Assembly (NCBI GenBank): GCA_009845905.1
Contig: VXYS01000010.1
Location: forward strand, 94,321 to 158,320
Direction: 5' to 3'
From: Gammaproteobacteria bacterium
GTDB lineage: Bacteria; Pseudomonadota; Gammaproteobacteria; Steroidobacterales; Foliamicaceae
Length of the DNA: 64,000 nucleotides
Shown here: positions 16,717 through 24,702 of the stretch, in pieces
Layout of the letters: each line of letters begins with the position of its first letter
Numbering within the stretch: the first letter of the stretch is position 1
Program-made: the position numbers and the translations under genes
Notes under the pieces: model-generated
What the model was told of the DNA's origin: nothing
Databases searched by the model: none
The model's input: the letters and a program-made list of their open reading frames with translations, nothing else

Positions 16717-17796
16717 TCAGGCGCCGAACTTGGCGCCGCGCGCGGCATGAATCGGGGCAGGCTTGAGGCTGCGCACACGCGCGCGGCTCTCTTCGGCATC
16801 CGGATAGAACTGCTCGCAGTATTTCCGGTAGGTCATGATCTCGCCGTCCGAGCGGCTCAGGATCGGCAGCGGCTGGTAGCGCTTGTTTTCCCAGATGGCG
16901 ACGTCCTGGCGCACATCGTGCTTGACCCGAGATACGAAGAACCGGGTCAGCCAGTTCGCGGGAAGACAGCGAAGCAGTAATGTCGCCAGCCATTTCTGCC
17001 CGGATTCCCAGCGCCGGATCTGCAGGGCGACCACGAGCTTGATGTAGGTGTCGTCAATGGGCGTGGACAGGATCCACTGGCGCAGTTTCAATCCGCTGAC
17101 GCGCTCATGAAACTCGACGAACGAATAGCCGAAACCCCAGACGTGAGTCGTTGCAACAACGTCGGTCAGAACCGGCACGCCAAGCAGCTTCACGTTGCGC
17201 CGGAAAACGAAGCTGTTGCGCAGGCAGGCGCCGTCCACCTGCACGTCTCCGACCTGCTTGACCGCCGCGTAGCCATGCACGTAGCGGAAATGGGCGATGT
17301 CCACGGAGTTCTCCGAGGTTTCCTGCGGGTGGCCGCGCAACTGCACGCTTCCGTAATGGAGGCGGTGCCATTCCCTGTCCGGCCACTCGGGGAGCTCCCA
17401 CTGCGGACCGCGCCCCACCGGGCTCCACCAGGCGAGAATGAGGCCGTTGAGCTCGCGTGTCTCGTAAACATTGAGCCGCGCGGTTCTGGGCGGCGGGGCA
17501 TCCGGCGTGGCCACGCACCTGCCGGTGGCATCATATTCGAAGCCGTGGAAGGGGCAGACCAGCCGCCCGTTTCTGACGCAGCCGCCGCCGTCCGGCCCCA
17601 GGTGCCCGCCCAGATGCGGGCAGTAGGCCTCGGACACGCAAATCTCTCCGTCGTTGTCGCGCCAGGTCACGATCTGCCGGCCCATCCATTCTTTCTGGAG
17701 AAGACCGCCTTTGGGCAGGTTCCTGGCGATCTCCACGAGATACCAGCCTTCCGGGTACCTGCCCGGCGGGTAATACCGCTTGTTCGCCAGTTTCAT
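16717..17796 (-). CDS. Rieske [2Fe-2S] non-heme iron oxygenase, KshA/Neverland-like
   Basis: 359 aa. Rieske motif CPHLGGH...CPFHGF. Mononuclear iron motif ENSVDIAHFRYVH. C-terminal DVAIWENKRY...DGEIMTYRKYCEQFY resembles the KshA/Neverland tail. Confidence 0.85.
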   Translation of the reverse strand: MKLANKRYYPPGRYPEGWYLVEIARNLPKGGLLQKEWMGRQIVTWRDNDGEICVSEAYCPHLGGHLGPDGGGCVRNGRLVCPFHGFEYDATGRCVATPDAPPPRTARLNVYETRELNGLILAWWSPVGRGPQWELPEWPDREWHRLHYGSVQLRGHPQETSENSVDIAHFRYVHGYAAVKQVGDVQVDGACLRNSFVFRRNVKLLGVPVLTDVVATTHVWGFGYSFVEFHERVSGLKLRQWILSTPIDDTYIKLVVALQIRRWESGQKWLATLLLRCLPANWLTRFFVSRVKHDVRQDVAIWENKRYQPLPILSRSDGEIMTYRKYCEQFYPDAEESRARVRSLKPAPIHAARGAKFGA

Positions 17797-17934
17797 TCAA
17801 AGCCCCCGCTTGTTGACCAGCTCACCGTATATTTCAGCTTGTTTGGCCAAGCATACAGGAACATGAGCGGGAAGGAGGGCAAGACGCCTTAACTGCATGC
17901 CGTTGGCGGACATGCCGCGCAGGACATGCGCCCG

Positions 17935-17995
17935 CTTCCCGGTACTGCGAGGGAGGGCGGCGGGACGCCGCGAGGGACACGCCCTCCCTCGGGAG
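17935..17995. repeat. family-2 intergenic hairpin repeat
   Basis: Perfect 12-nt inverted repeat CGAGGGAGGGCG (17948-17959) / CGCCCTCCCTCG (17980-17991), enclosing the nested hairpin GCGGCG-GGA-CGCCGC. Located 3' of the TonB-dependent receptor gene. Confidence 0.75.
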
Positions 17996-18000
17996 CAGGA

Positions 18001-20472
18001 TCAGAAGCCGTAGGTAAGCGTTACGCCGACCTGGCGACCGCGGGGCAGCGTGATGGCGAAGCCGCGCGGTGTGCTGGACGGATTGCCCAGTTCGCCGGGG
18101 ACATAGCCGGGGATGCTGGCGTGGGGGCGCAAACCGCCGGAGCGCCGGTCGATGTAGCGCAGGATGTCGAGCGGAGTGTCGTCATCGAACAGGTTCTTGC
18201 CCCACAGGGCGATTTCCAGGTTGTCGCGGCGAACACCCAATCGCAAGCCAACCCGGGTGAGCGCACCGGTTTCGATCAGATTGTGGATTTGCGAAAAGCG
18301 CGAGCCTTCGTAAACAACGTCACCGGTGAAAAACCAGGCAAAGCCACTCGCCATGACGTCGCCGCTGTAGCGCGCCACCAGGGAGGCCATGTGCTCGGGT
18401 ATCCGCGGCACTCTCTTGCCGGCCACCGAGCCAAGGCGGTTCAGGTCGCTGCGCGAGCCGTTGGCGCCGTTAAGGTCCGCCTGATCGATATTGACGTATT
18501 CCTGAATCTCCGCGTTGGTCCAGGCATAGCCGACATTCACGACCAGTTTGTCGGTCAGCGCCGTCTGAAGATCGACCTCCAGGCCGGCAACGCGGGTCTC
18601 GCCCACATTGTCGAGCAGCGACGCGCTGCCCCCGGTGGGCGTCTCGATCACGGTCGTGAACTGCTGGTCGGTCACTTCAGTCAGATAGGCGGCCACATTG
18701 AGCGCCGTCCTGCCGTCCATCAGCACCGTCTTGTAGCCCGCTTCGTAGTTCCAGGCCACTTCTTCCTCCACCGCGCGGAAGGATTCATCGGGGTTGCCGT
18801 CCACGCCGATCGGTACCTGGGTGTTGAAGTCGCCGGGCTTGGAACCCTTGGCGATATTCAGATACAGATTCGCGTTCTCGTTCGCCTTGTAGCTCAGCGT
18901 GAATCTTGGATTGACGGAATCGAACTCGGATTCGAACCGGCCGCGAAGCGGCGTCCCGCCGGGTTCATAAACGGAAAGCGTTATTTCATCGGTGGCGGCG
19001 CGCGCCTCCGCCGTGGCGGTCCACTTGTCGCTCAGATCCCATTCGAGGGCAGCGAAAACGGCCGTGTTGGTGACGTCGTCATAGTCGATGGTGGAGTTGG
19101 GCGACACTGCCCTGGCCACCAGGCCCCAGCCGTACCGGTCGCTCAGCGCCGCGGCCACGTCGGTCATCACCTTGTCGTCGCGGCTTTCGTGTTGCTCGCC
19201 ACGATAGTAGTACAGGCCGATGGTGGCCCGGAATTCGCGGTCCGACGGAGACGAAAGCCGGAGCTCCTGGGAGAAGTCGGACTGGTCGTTGCCAAGTATG
19301 CGATTGAACTGGCCGCAGAACCCCGCGGCGCAAGCGAACCCTCTGCCCAGGATAGGACGCAGGAAAGGCGGCAGGCCGTTCACGAAGGCAACTCCGAAAT
19401 CGTAGCCGCCGTAGGTTCCGTCAAGGCCCGTTTCGGACTCGTCGTCGATCAGGCCGGTGAGGCTGGACACTCGCCAATCGTTGGCCAGGTCGTAGTGCAT
19501 GGTCAGCGAAGCGGTAATCCGATCCATGCGGTTGCCCGCGCCGCTGTCGGAATCAAGCTCCGCGGTATTCAGGGCCACCGGCAGATTGCGCAGGGCTTCG
19601 CCAATGTAGTACTCGCGCGCCCTCGGGCCGGTCACGCCGGTAATGTTCGCGCTTCCGGAAGACTCGCCGCGAAAGCAGCAGTTATTGTGCTCGCGGGCTT
19701 GCAGGGCAAGGGCCGGGTGGCTGTCGTCCACCTTCTGGTAGGACAGCGCCAACGTGGCCTCGAACCGCTCGTTGGGCGTGAAGTACAGCTTGCCGGATAT
19801 GTTGGTGGTCTTTTGCTCGTTGACTTCATCCCCGGTGAGCGTGTTGACGTGCTCGCCGCCGTACTGGTCGTAGCCCGCCCCAATCCGGAACCAGGCGGTA
19901 TCCTCAACCAGAGGGCCGCTGATCCAGCCCTGCACCTCATAGGACTCGTGTTCGCCGCCGCCCACCGTGATTTCGCCTTCCAGCTCTTCCGAAGGCCGCC
20001 GGGTGACGTAGTTGATGGCGCCGGCGTAGGTGCCCCGCCCGTATTGCGCGGATTGCGGGCCCTTGATGATTTCGACGCGCTCGATGTTGGCGAAATCGAC
20101 GGACGAAACCTTGCCGCCCACATAGATGCCGTCCACAAAGGTGGACACCGCCTTCACGTTGGCAATGCCATTGATGATCGTGGTTTGTCCGCGCATGGCC
20201 GGCCGGTCCTGGTTGGAGCTGCGCCCGAAACCGGACTGGAACGAGAAGCCCGGGGTGTAGAGCGCGATTTCGTTAACGGATCTGATGCCCAGTTCGCGGA
20301 TGTCGTTTGCGGTGAAGGCGCTGACCGCGATCGGGATGTCCTGCACGGACTCCTCGCGCTTGCGGGCGGTCACGATGATTTCCTCGAGCATGGCTTCCTG
20401 CGTAACCGCAGGACGCGGGGCGACGATCACGCCCGCAGCCAGGACGCAAATTACGGCAAGTCTGAATCTCAT
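18001..20472 (-). CDS. TonB-dependent receptor
   Basis: 823 aa. Signal peptide, plug motif EEIIVTARKREESVQDIPIAVSA, C-terminal beta-barrel ending TLTYGF. RBS GGGAGGA. Confidence 0.9.
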   Translation of the reverse strand: MRFRLAVICVLAAGVIVAPRPAVTQEAMLEEIIVTARKREESVQDIPIAVSAFTANDIRELGIRSVNEIALYTPGFSFQSGFGRSSNQDRPAMRGQTTIINGIANVKAVSTFVDGIYVGGKVSSVDFANIERVEIIKGPQSAQYGRGTYAGAINYVTRRPSEELEGEITVGGGEHESYEVQGWISGPLVEDTAWFRIGAGYDQYGGEHVNTLTGDEVNEQKTTNISGKLYFTPNERFEATLALSYQKVDDSHPALALQAREHNNCCFRGESSGSANITGVTGPRAREYYIGEALRNLPVALNTAELDSDSGAGNRMDRITASLTMHYDLANDWRVSSLTGLIDDESETGLDGTYGGYDFGVAFVNGLPPFLRPILGRGFACAAGFCGQFNRILGNDQSDFSQELRLSSPSDREFRATIGLYYYRGEQHESRDDKVMTDVAAALSDRYGWGLVARAVSPNSTIDYDDVTNTAVFAALEWDLSDKWTATAEARAATDEITLSVYEPGGTPLRGRFESEFDSVNPRFTLSYKANENANLYLNIAKGSKPGDFNTQVPIGVDGNPDESFRAVEEEVAWNYEAGYKTVLMDGRTALNVAAYLTEVTDQQFTTVIETPTGGSASLLDNVGETRVAGLEVDLQTALTDKLVVNVGYAWTNAEIQEYVNIDQADLNGANGSRSDLNRLGSVAGKRVPRIPEHMASLVARYSGDVMASGFAWFFTGDVVYEGSRFSQIHNLIETGALTRVGLRLGVRRDNLEIALWGKNLFDDDTPLDILRYIDRRSGGLRPHASIPGYVPGELGNPSSTPRGFAITLPRGRQVGVTLTYGF

Positions 20473-20531
20473 TGGATGTCCTCCCTGTCGGTCAACCCGG
20501 CCGACAGCTGGTCAATTATGCACAAGTGGGC

Positions 20532-20573
20532 GGCGATGCAAAACCGGCATTCGGCAATGCAAAATCGGTATTC
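20532..20573. promoter_or_regulatory. tandem 21-bp direct repeat upstream of the TonB-dependent receptor gene (candidate operator/activator site)
   Basis: GGCGATGCAAAACCGGCATTC followed directly by GGCAATGCAAAATCGGTATTC (18/21 identical). Located 60-100 bp upstream of the receptor start codon. Confidence 0.4.
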
Positions 20574-20577
20574 CCTT

Positions 20578-20677
20578 CCTGGAGGCGAAGGCGTCTCGCC
20601 TTCGCGGAGGACGGGCGCCATTGCCGGGAGGGAAGACGTCCCGTCTTCCCGGAGGGCGGGACGCCCTCTCTCCCAGG
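20578..20677. repeat. family-2 intergenic hairpin repeat (three consecutive hairpins)
   Basis: Three consecutive hairpins: GCGAAGGCG-TCT-CGCCTTCGC, GGGAAGACG-TCC-CGTCTTCCC and GAGGGCG-GGA-CGCCCTC, framed by CCTGGAGG...CTCCCAGG. Located 3' of the histidine kinase gene. Confidence 0.8.
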
Positions 20678-20678
20678 G

Positions 20679-21731
20679 TCAGTCCGGGGGTTCGCCGGGA
20701 ATGCGGGCGGTGATGCAGGCGCCGCTTCCGGGAGGGCTGGCCACTTCCACCTCGCCGCCGTGCGCCTCGGCGATCAGGCGGCACAGGTAGAGGCCAAGGC
20801 CATGGCGCCCGGTTCCCGCGCCGCGGGACGGGTCCGCCCTGTAGAAGGCGCCGGTAACCCGCTCCAGGTGCTCGGGTTCGATTCCGGGACCGTGGTCCTG
20901 CACGCGAATGACTGCCGCGCCGTCCTCCATGCGCAGGCTGAGCTCAACCGGCATCCCGTCCCGGGGGTTGTAGCGCAAGGCATTCTCCACCAGGTTGCGG
21001 ACCAGCATTCTCAGGCGGGCGGCGTTCACGCTCAGGTGTGCCGGAGACGGCGGCACGCTCAGCGACACGCGGTGGCGGTCGTTGGGGAAATCGCCGCGCA
21101 GGACTTCGGCCATCAACTTGTTCAGATTGACCCGCGAGCGTGACATCCGCCCGCCCTGCGTGTTCAGGCGTTCGCCCTCCAGCAATTCCGTGATCATGCG
21201 TTCCATGCTGGACAGGTCGTACTCCAGGTGCGAGCGCACGTCCTTGTCGTGGATGAACTCCAGCGCCAGCCGGGCGCGGGTCAGCGGCGTGCGCAACTCG
21301 TGGCTCATGGCCAGCAGCAACTCGCGCTGGCCGTCGAGCATCCCCTTCACCTGGTCCGCCATGCGGTTGATGCGTTGCGTCAGCCTGCCGAGCTCGTCCT
21401 GACGGCGGATCGGGATCCGGTATTCGAGTTGCCCTTCTCCGATCCGGCGCGTGCCCTGCCGGATGTCTTCCAATGGATAGAAAAGCCGCCGCACAGCCAG
21501 GTAGCAGCCGACGAAAACCACCGCTATCGTGGGGTAACCAAGGACACGCACGACGGTCATATTCTCCGGATTCCCCTGGGGCGGGAAAATCGAGAAGAGG
21601 GCCGCCGTGGCCGCCGTAATGACGAAAAAACTTGCGAAGAAGATCAGGACCAGGCGAACGGGAAGTGAGCGCCAGGCGTTCACCGGCTTGCGCGCCAGCC
21701 ATTTCAGGGCGCGGAGGAATCGGTTATTCAT
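20679..21731 (-). CDS. sensor histidine kinase (HAMP-HisKA-HATPase)
   Basis: 350 aa. Two N-terminal TM segments, a HAMP-like linker, H-box MSHELRTPLT, G-boxes DHGPGI and GLGLYLCRLIAEAHGG. Overlaps the response-regulator gene by 4 nt. Confidence 0.9.
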   Translation of the reverse strand: MNNRFLRALKWLARKPVNAWRSLPVRLVLIFFASFFVITAATAALFSIFPPQGNPENMTVVRVLGYPTIAVVFVGCYLAVRRLFYPLEDIRQGTRRIGEGQLEYRIPIRRQDELGRLTQRINRMADQVKGMLDGQRELLLAMSHELRTPLTRARLALEFIHDKDVRSHLEYDLSSMERMITELLEGERLNTQGGRMSRSRVNLNKLMAEVLRGDFPNDRHRVSLSVPPSPAHLSVNAARLRMLVRNLVENALRYNPRDGMPVELSLRMEDGAAVIRVQDHGPGIEPEHLERVTGAFYRADPSRGAGTGRHGLGLYLCRLIAEAHGGEVEVASPPGSGACITARIPGEPPD

Positions 21732-22477
21732 AGAACGATCGTGGTGTTTGAGGGCGGGACGTCATCGCTCCCGGGATCGCGACTGCTTTCGCCCTGTCCT
21801 TTCAGGAAGACGTAGCCCGCGCCGCGTATCGTGCGGATGAAGCGGGGATTGGATGGATCATCGTCCAGTTTCTGGCGCAGCCGGCTGATATTGATGTCCA
21901 CCGAGCGCGAAAATATGTTCGGTTCGATGCCGCGCAGTTCCGAGAGTATTTCGTCGCGGGTGTAGACGCGTCCGGGCTCGCCGGCAAGCAGTTGCAGCAG
22001 GTTGAACTCCATCGCCGTGAGATCGAGCAGGTCGTCGTTCAGGTGCGCCTCGCGGCGATCGAAGTCAAGCCGCAGGGGACCGTGTTCCACCACCCCCGAA
22101 ATGGTGGACGAACGCTGGACGCGCCGCAGGATGGTCTGGATCCGGGCGACCAGTTCGCGCGGCTCGAACGGCTTGGGCACGTAATCGTCGGCCCCGACCT
22201 CCAGACCCACCACACGGTCGGTCACGTCGCCGCGCGCGGTGAGCATGATGATCGGCACGCTGCTGGTCTTGCGGATCTCGCGGCACAACTCGAAGCCGTC
22301 GCGCCCCGGCAGCATGACGTCGAGAATCACCAGGTCCGGTTCGAAGGCAGCCATCTTCCTGAGCCCGGTATCGCCTTCCAGCGCGGACTCGAGCTCGAGA
22401 TCGAAACGACTGAAATAGGCCCGCAGAAGCATGGCGAGCTTTGCGTCGTCGTCGATCAGGAAGATGCGGGATGGCAT
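21728..22477 (-). CDS. OmpR/PhoB-family response regulator
   Basis: 249 aa. Receiver domain (IFLIDDD, DLVILDVMLPG, KPF) plus winged-helix output domain (FNLLQLLAGEPGRVYTRDEIL, RFIRTIRGAGYVF). Confidence 0.9.
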   Translation of the reverse strand: MPSRIFLIDDDAKLAMLLRAYFSRFDLELESALEGDTGLRKMAAFEPDLVILDVMLPGRDGFELCREIRKTSSVPIIMLTARGDVTDRVVGLEVGADDYVPKPFEPRELVARIQTILRRVQRSSTISGVVEHGPLRLDFDRREAHLNDDLLDLTAMEFNLLQLLAGEPGRVYTRDEILSELRGIEPNIFSRSVDINISRLRQKLDDDPSNPRFIRTIRGAGYVFLKGQGESSRDPGSDDVPPSNTTIVL

Positions 22478-22530
22478 TGCGTGCAGATTTTATGGGCGGA
22501 TTCGGCGATTTCGGGGGAAATTCAATCCGC

Positions 22531-22555
22531 GTTACAAAATGTTACGAATCGTTAC
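22531..22555. promoter_or_regulatory. three GTTAC direct repeats in 10-bp phase (candidate OmpR-family binding site)
   Basis: GTTACaaaatGTTACgaatcGTTAC starts exactly at 22531, 22541 and 22551, in the AT-richer divergent region between the response-regulator gene and a small ORF. A possible -10 TATCTT lies at 22587-22592. Confidence 0.45.
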
Positions 22556-22631
22556 CGTGGCGAGAAGAAAAAAGCTCCCTGACCCTTATCTTGTGCAGTG
22601 CATCAAGAAGAGATGCAAAGGAGCAAGAGAT

Positions 22632-22748
22632 ATGACACTGATTTCAAGAAATGGCGTCGGCAGTCTTGGCGTCATCGGTGAGGCCGTATTGTTTGCGGTC
22701 GCGTTCGTAGCCCCCTTGGCCGCTTTCTCGTCCATCCTGGGCAGCTAG
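22632..22748 (+). CDS. small hydrophobic peptide (38 aa), hypothetical
   Basis: ATG preceded by a strong RBS (AAAGGAG, 8-nt spacer). MTLISRNGVGSLGVIGEAVLFAVAFVAPLAAFSSILGS has one predicted TM helix. Followed by a hairpin. No homolog known to me. Confidence 0.35.
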   Translation: MTLISRNGVGSLGVIGEAVLFAVAFVAPLAAFSSILGS

Positions 22749-22771
22749 ACCACCTTTCACAAACAGCGGCG

Positions 22772-22826
22772 CCCTGTTCCTGGTTCTCCCCTCCCAAGAG
22801 ACCTCCCCCCAATCCCAGGAACAGGG
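22772..22826. other. 12-bp perfect stem with a 31-nt C-rich loop
   Basis: CCCTGTTCCTGG ... CCAGGAACAGGG enclosing TTCTCCCCTCCCAAGAGACCTCCCCCCAATC. Lies between the small ORF and the converging membrane-protein gene. No U-tract. Confidence 0.4.
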
Positions 22827-23405
22827 TCAGGTCGCCCCCGGAATCTTCCTCCCCCCGGGGGCGGCCCCGCCGCCCTCCAGAACACCTCCCAATTCCACCA
22901 GCAGCGGCGTGGCCGCCGCATAGAACAAACCCACGGTCAGATAGAAGGCCACCCCGGCTGCCGATCCGGCGCCGAGGACGATTCCCGAGAAATACGCAAA
23001 TGGCGCCCCGGTGGCGCCCAGGACGGCAGCCAGCACGCGTCTGCCGCGCAGCCACGCCAGGCCGTCGATACTCATCAGCGAAAACGCGCCCCACAAGGCC
23101 AGTATCCAGGCCGGCGCAAGGACCGAATCAGGCCAGCCGGGCGCATAGCTGACCCAGCCCGCCCGCACGACGACGGTCTCCATGACCAGGCCCATTGCGA
23201 GTCCGCTTGCCAGCACCAGCAGCTCCCTTCGCCGGTTCCGCGAAAAAAGCACCTGCATTCCGGCAAAGGCCAGCAGCGCCAGCGGCCCGAGCCAGACGTT
23301 GCCGGCCGCGGCGCCCAGCACGGTGCACAGCCAAACGGCCTTGAACCCGGCCACGCCTCTGACCACGGTCACGAGGCGGCGCCATTCGGGAAGGCGCAGC
23401 GTCAT
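22827..23405 (-). CDS. polytopic membrane protein, function unknown
   Basis: 192 aa starting MTLRLPEW. The ATG overlaps the GNAT stop (ATGA). About five hydrophobic helices. May be DUF2878-like, but I am not certain. Confidence 0.6.
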   Translation of the reverse strand: MTLRLPEWRRLVTVVRGVAGFKAVWLCTVLGAAAGNVWLGPLALLAFAGMQVLFSRNRRRELLVLASGLAMGLVMETVVVRAGWVSYAPGWPDSVLAPAWILALWGAFSLMSIDGLAWLRGRRVLAAVLGATGAPFAYFSGIVLGAGSAAGVAFYLTVGLFYAAATPLLVELGGVLEGGGAAPGGRKIPGAT

Positions 23406-23854
23406 GCGCCGTGTTCCATGACGTCGTACCCGCAGTGGTCGAACCCCAGGGCCCGGTAGGCCGCGATCGCGCGGCTGTTGTCGCGCTCCACGTACAGGCG
23501 CACCCGGCACTCCGCCTCGCCGGCTTCTCCGAGGACGTGTTCGCAGAGCGCTCGGAACACGCCGCTGCCCCGGTGTTCCGGCGCCGTATACACGCTTTGC
23601 AGCCACCAGATCATGCAGTTCCGCCAATCGCTCCATTCGGTCGTGAGCATCAGCTGTCCCAGCCGTTCCCCGGTGGAGGAAACGGCCATGAAGTAGCGCC
23701 CCAGCGCAGGGTCGGAGAACATCCGGCGCACGCCGGCCTCGACCGTCTGCGGATCGAGGCGCAAGCCCTCGGATTCCTCGGCCAGCGCGATGTTGAACCG
23801 GACGATCGTCGGAGTGTCCGCGGGGTGGGCCGGCCGGATGATGGTCCCGCTCAT
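23402..23854 (-). CDS. GNAT family N-acetyltransferase
   Basis: 150 aa. Acetyl-CoA binding motif LQSVYTAPEHRGSGVFRAL. C-terminal NSRAIAAYRALGF. Confidence 0.85.
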   Translation of the reverse strand: MSGTIIRPAHPADTPTIVRFNIALAEESEGLRLDPQTVEAGVRRMFSDPALGRYFMAVSSTGERLGQLMLTTEWSDWRNCMIWWLQSVYTAPEHRGSGVFRALCEHVLGEAGEAECRVRLYVERDNSRAIAAYRALGFDHCGYDVMEHGA

Positions 23855-24702
23855 CGCGCCGCGCCGTCCGCAAGCCGCCAGGAGTTTCCGTCGCGCATGG
23901 CACGGTCTTCCCGTTCAAGCTTCAGAAGGTGGGCCTCGAGAGACAAGGCCGCCACCGGATGCAGGCGGTCGGGCACGTCGTCGTACACCCGGGGAAGGAT
24001 AGCCTCAAGCGCAGCGGGACCCAACGCAGCCATTGCCGAGACCACCTTTTCCTCGCGCCTTTCGCGATGCGCCATCAGGCCCCTGATTTCCCGACCGGGA
24101 CGATCGATCCAGTGGCCATGGCCGGGTGCAATGGCGCGGATGGGCAGGTCGAGCAGACGGCCGAGCGAGGCCATGTAGGCGCTCATGTCGCCGTCGGGAG
24201 GCGCAATGACCACGGTCGAGCCCTGCATGATGTGATCACCGGTGAACAATACGCCCAGCGGCGCGTGCCACCAGCAGAAGTGGTTGGATGCATGGCCGGG
24301 CGTGTGTACGGCCCGAAGAACAAATCCGGCGAAATCGAATTCCTGACCGTCTTTCGGCTCCGCTTCGGGACGAAAGCTCGAATCCTGACGGTCGCCCGGC
24401 GGCGGCGGCGGACCAATCAGCGACGCGCCGGTGAGCTTGGCCAGGAGCGTGGCGCCCGGCGAATGGTCAGGGTGGGTATGCGTGACCAGAATCCAGCGCA
24501 CCGCTCCCGGGGCCTGGTCCACGATGTTCTCGACGTGCCGGGGTGAGGCGGGTCCCGGATCCAGCACCGCAATCTCTTTTTCCCCGAGTACCCAGGTGTT
24601 GGTGCCGGGTCCGGTCATGGTTCCGGCATTGAACGCGGTCAGGCGGCGGATCGAGGGCGCAAGGTCCACCAGTTCCCCGGGCTTGATGGCATCGGCCGGC
24701 AT
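23851..24702 (-). CDS. MBL-fold metallo-hydrolase
   Basis: 283 aa. HxHxDH motif THTHPDHSPG, with downstream HTPGH and GDH ligands. 4-nt overlap with the GNAT gene. Confidence 0.85.
   Translation of the reverse strand: MPADAIKPGELVDLAPSIRRLTAFNAGTMTGPGTNTWVLGEKEIAVLDPGPASPRHVENIVDQAPGAVRWILVTHTHPDHSPGATLLAKLTGASLIGPPPPPGDRQDSSFRPEAEPKDGQEFDFAGFVLRAVHTPGHASNHFCWWHAPLGVLFTGDHIMQGSTVVIAPPDGDMSAYMASLGRLLDLPIRAIAPGHGHWIDRPGREIRGLMAHRERREEKVVSAMAALGPAALEAILPRVYDDVPDRLHPVAALSLEAHLLKLEREDRAMRDGNSWRLADGAAR

Noticed and set aside
20578-20677. Run of three similar short hairpins, considered as a possible mini CRISPR array
   Set aside because: There is no repeat-spacer periodicity and the units are palindromic hairpins of differing sequence. 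No cas genes are present. It belongs to the family-2 REP-like elements.
17926-20790. 954-aa ORF on the plus strand
   Set aside because: It lies antisense to the TonB-dependent receptor gene, which has clear plug and barrel motifs. Its translation is a low-complexity Arg/Gly/Ala/Val-rich sequence typical of antisense frames in high-GC DNA, and it also runs through the repeat region.
20874-20888. GGGTTCGATTCCGGG, reminiscent of a tRNA T-arm
   Set aside because: The flanks cannot form the 5-bp T stem or the acceptor and anticodon arms, and the site is inside the histidine kinase coding sequence.
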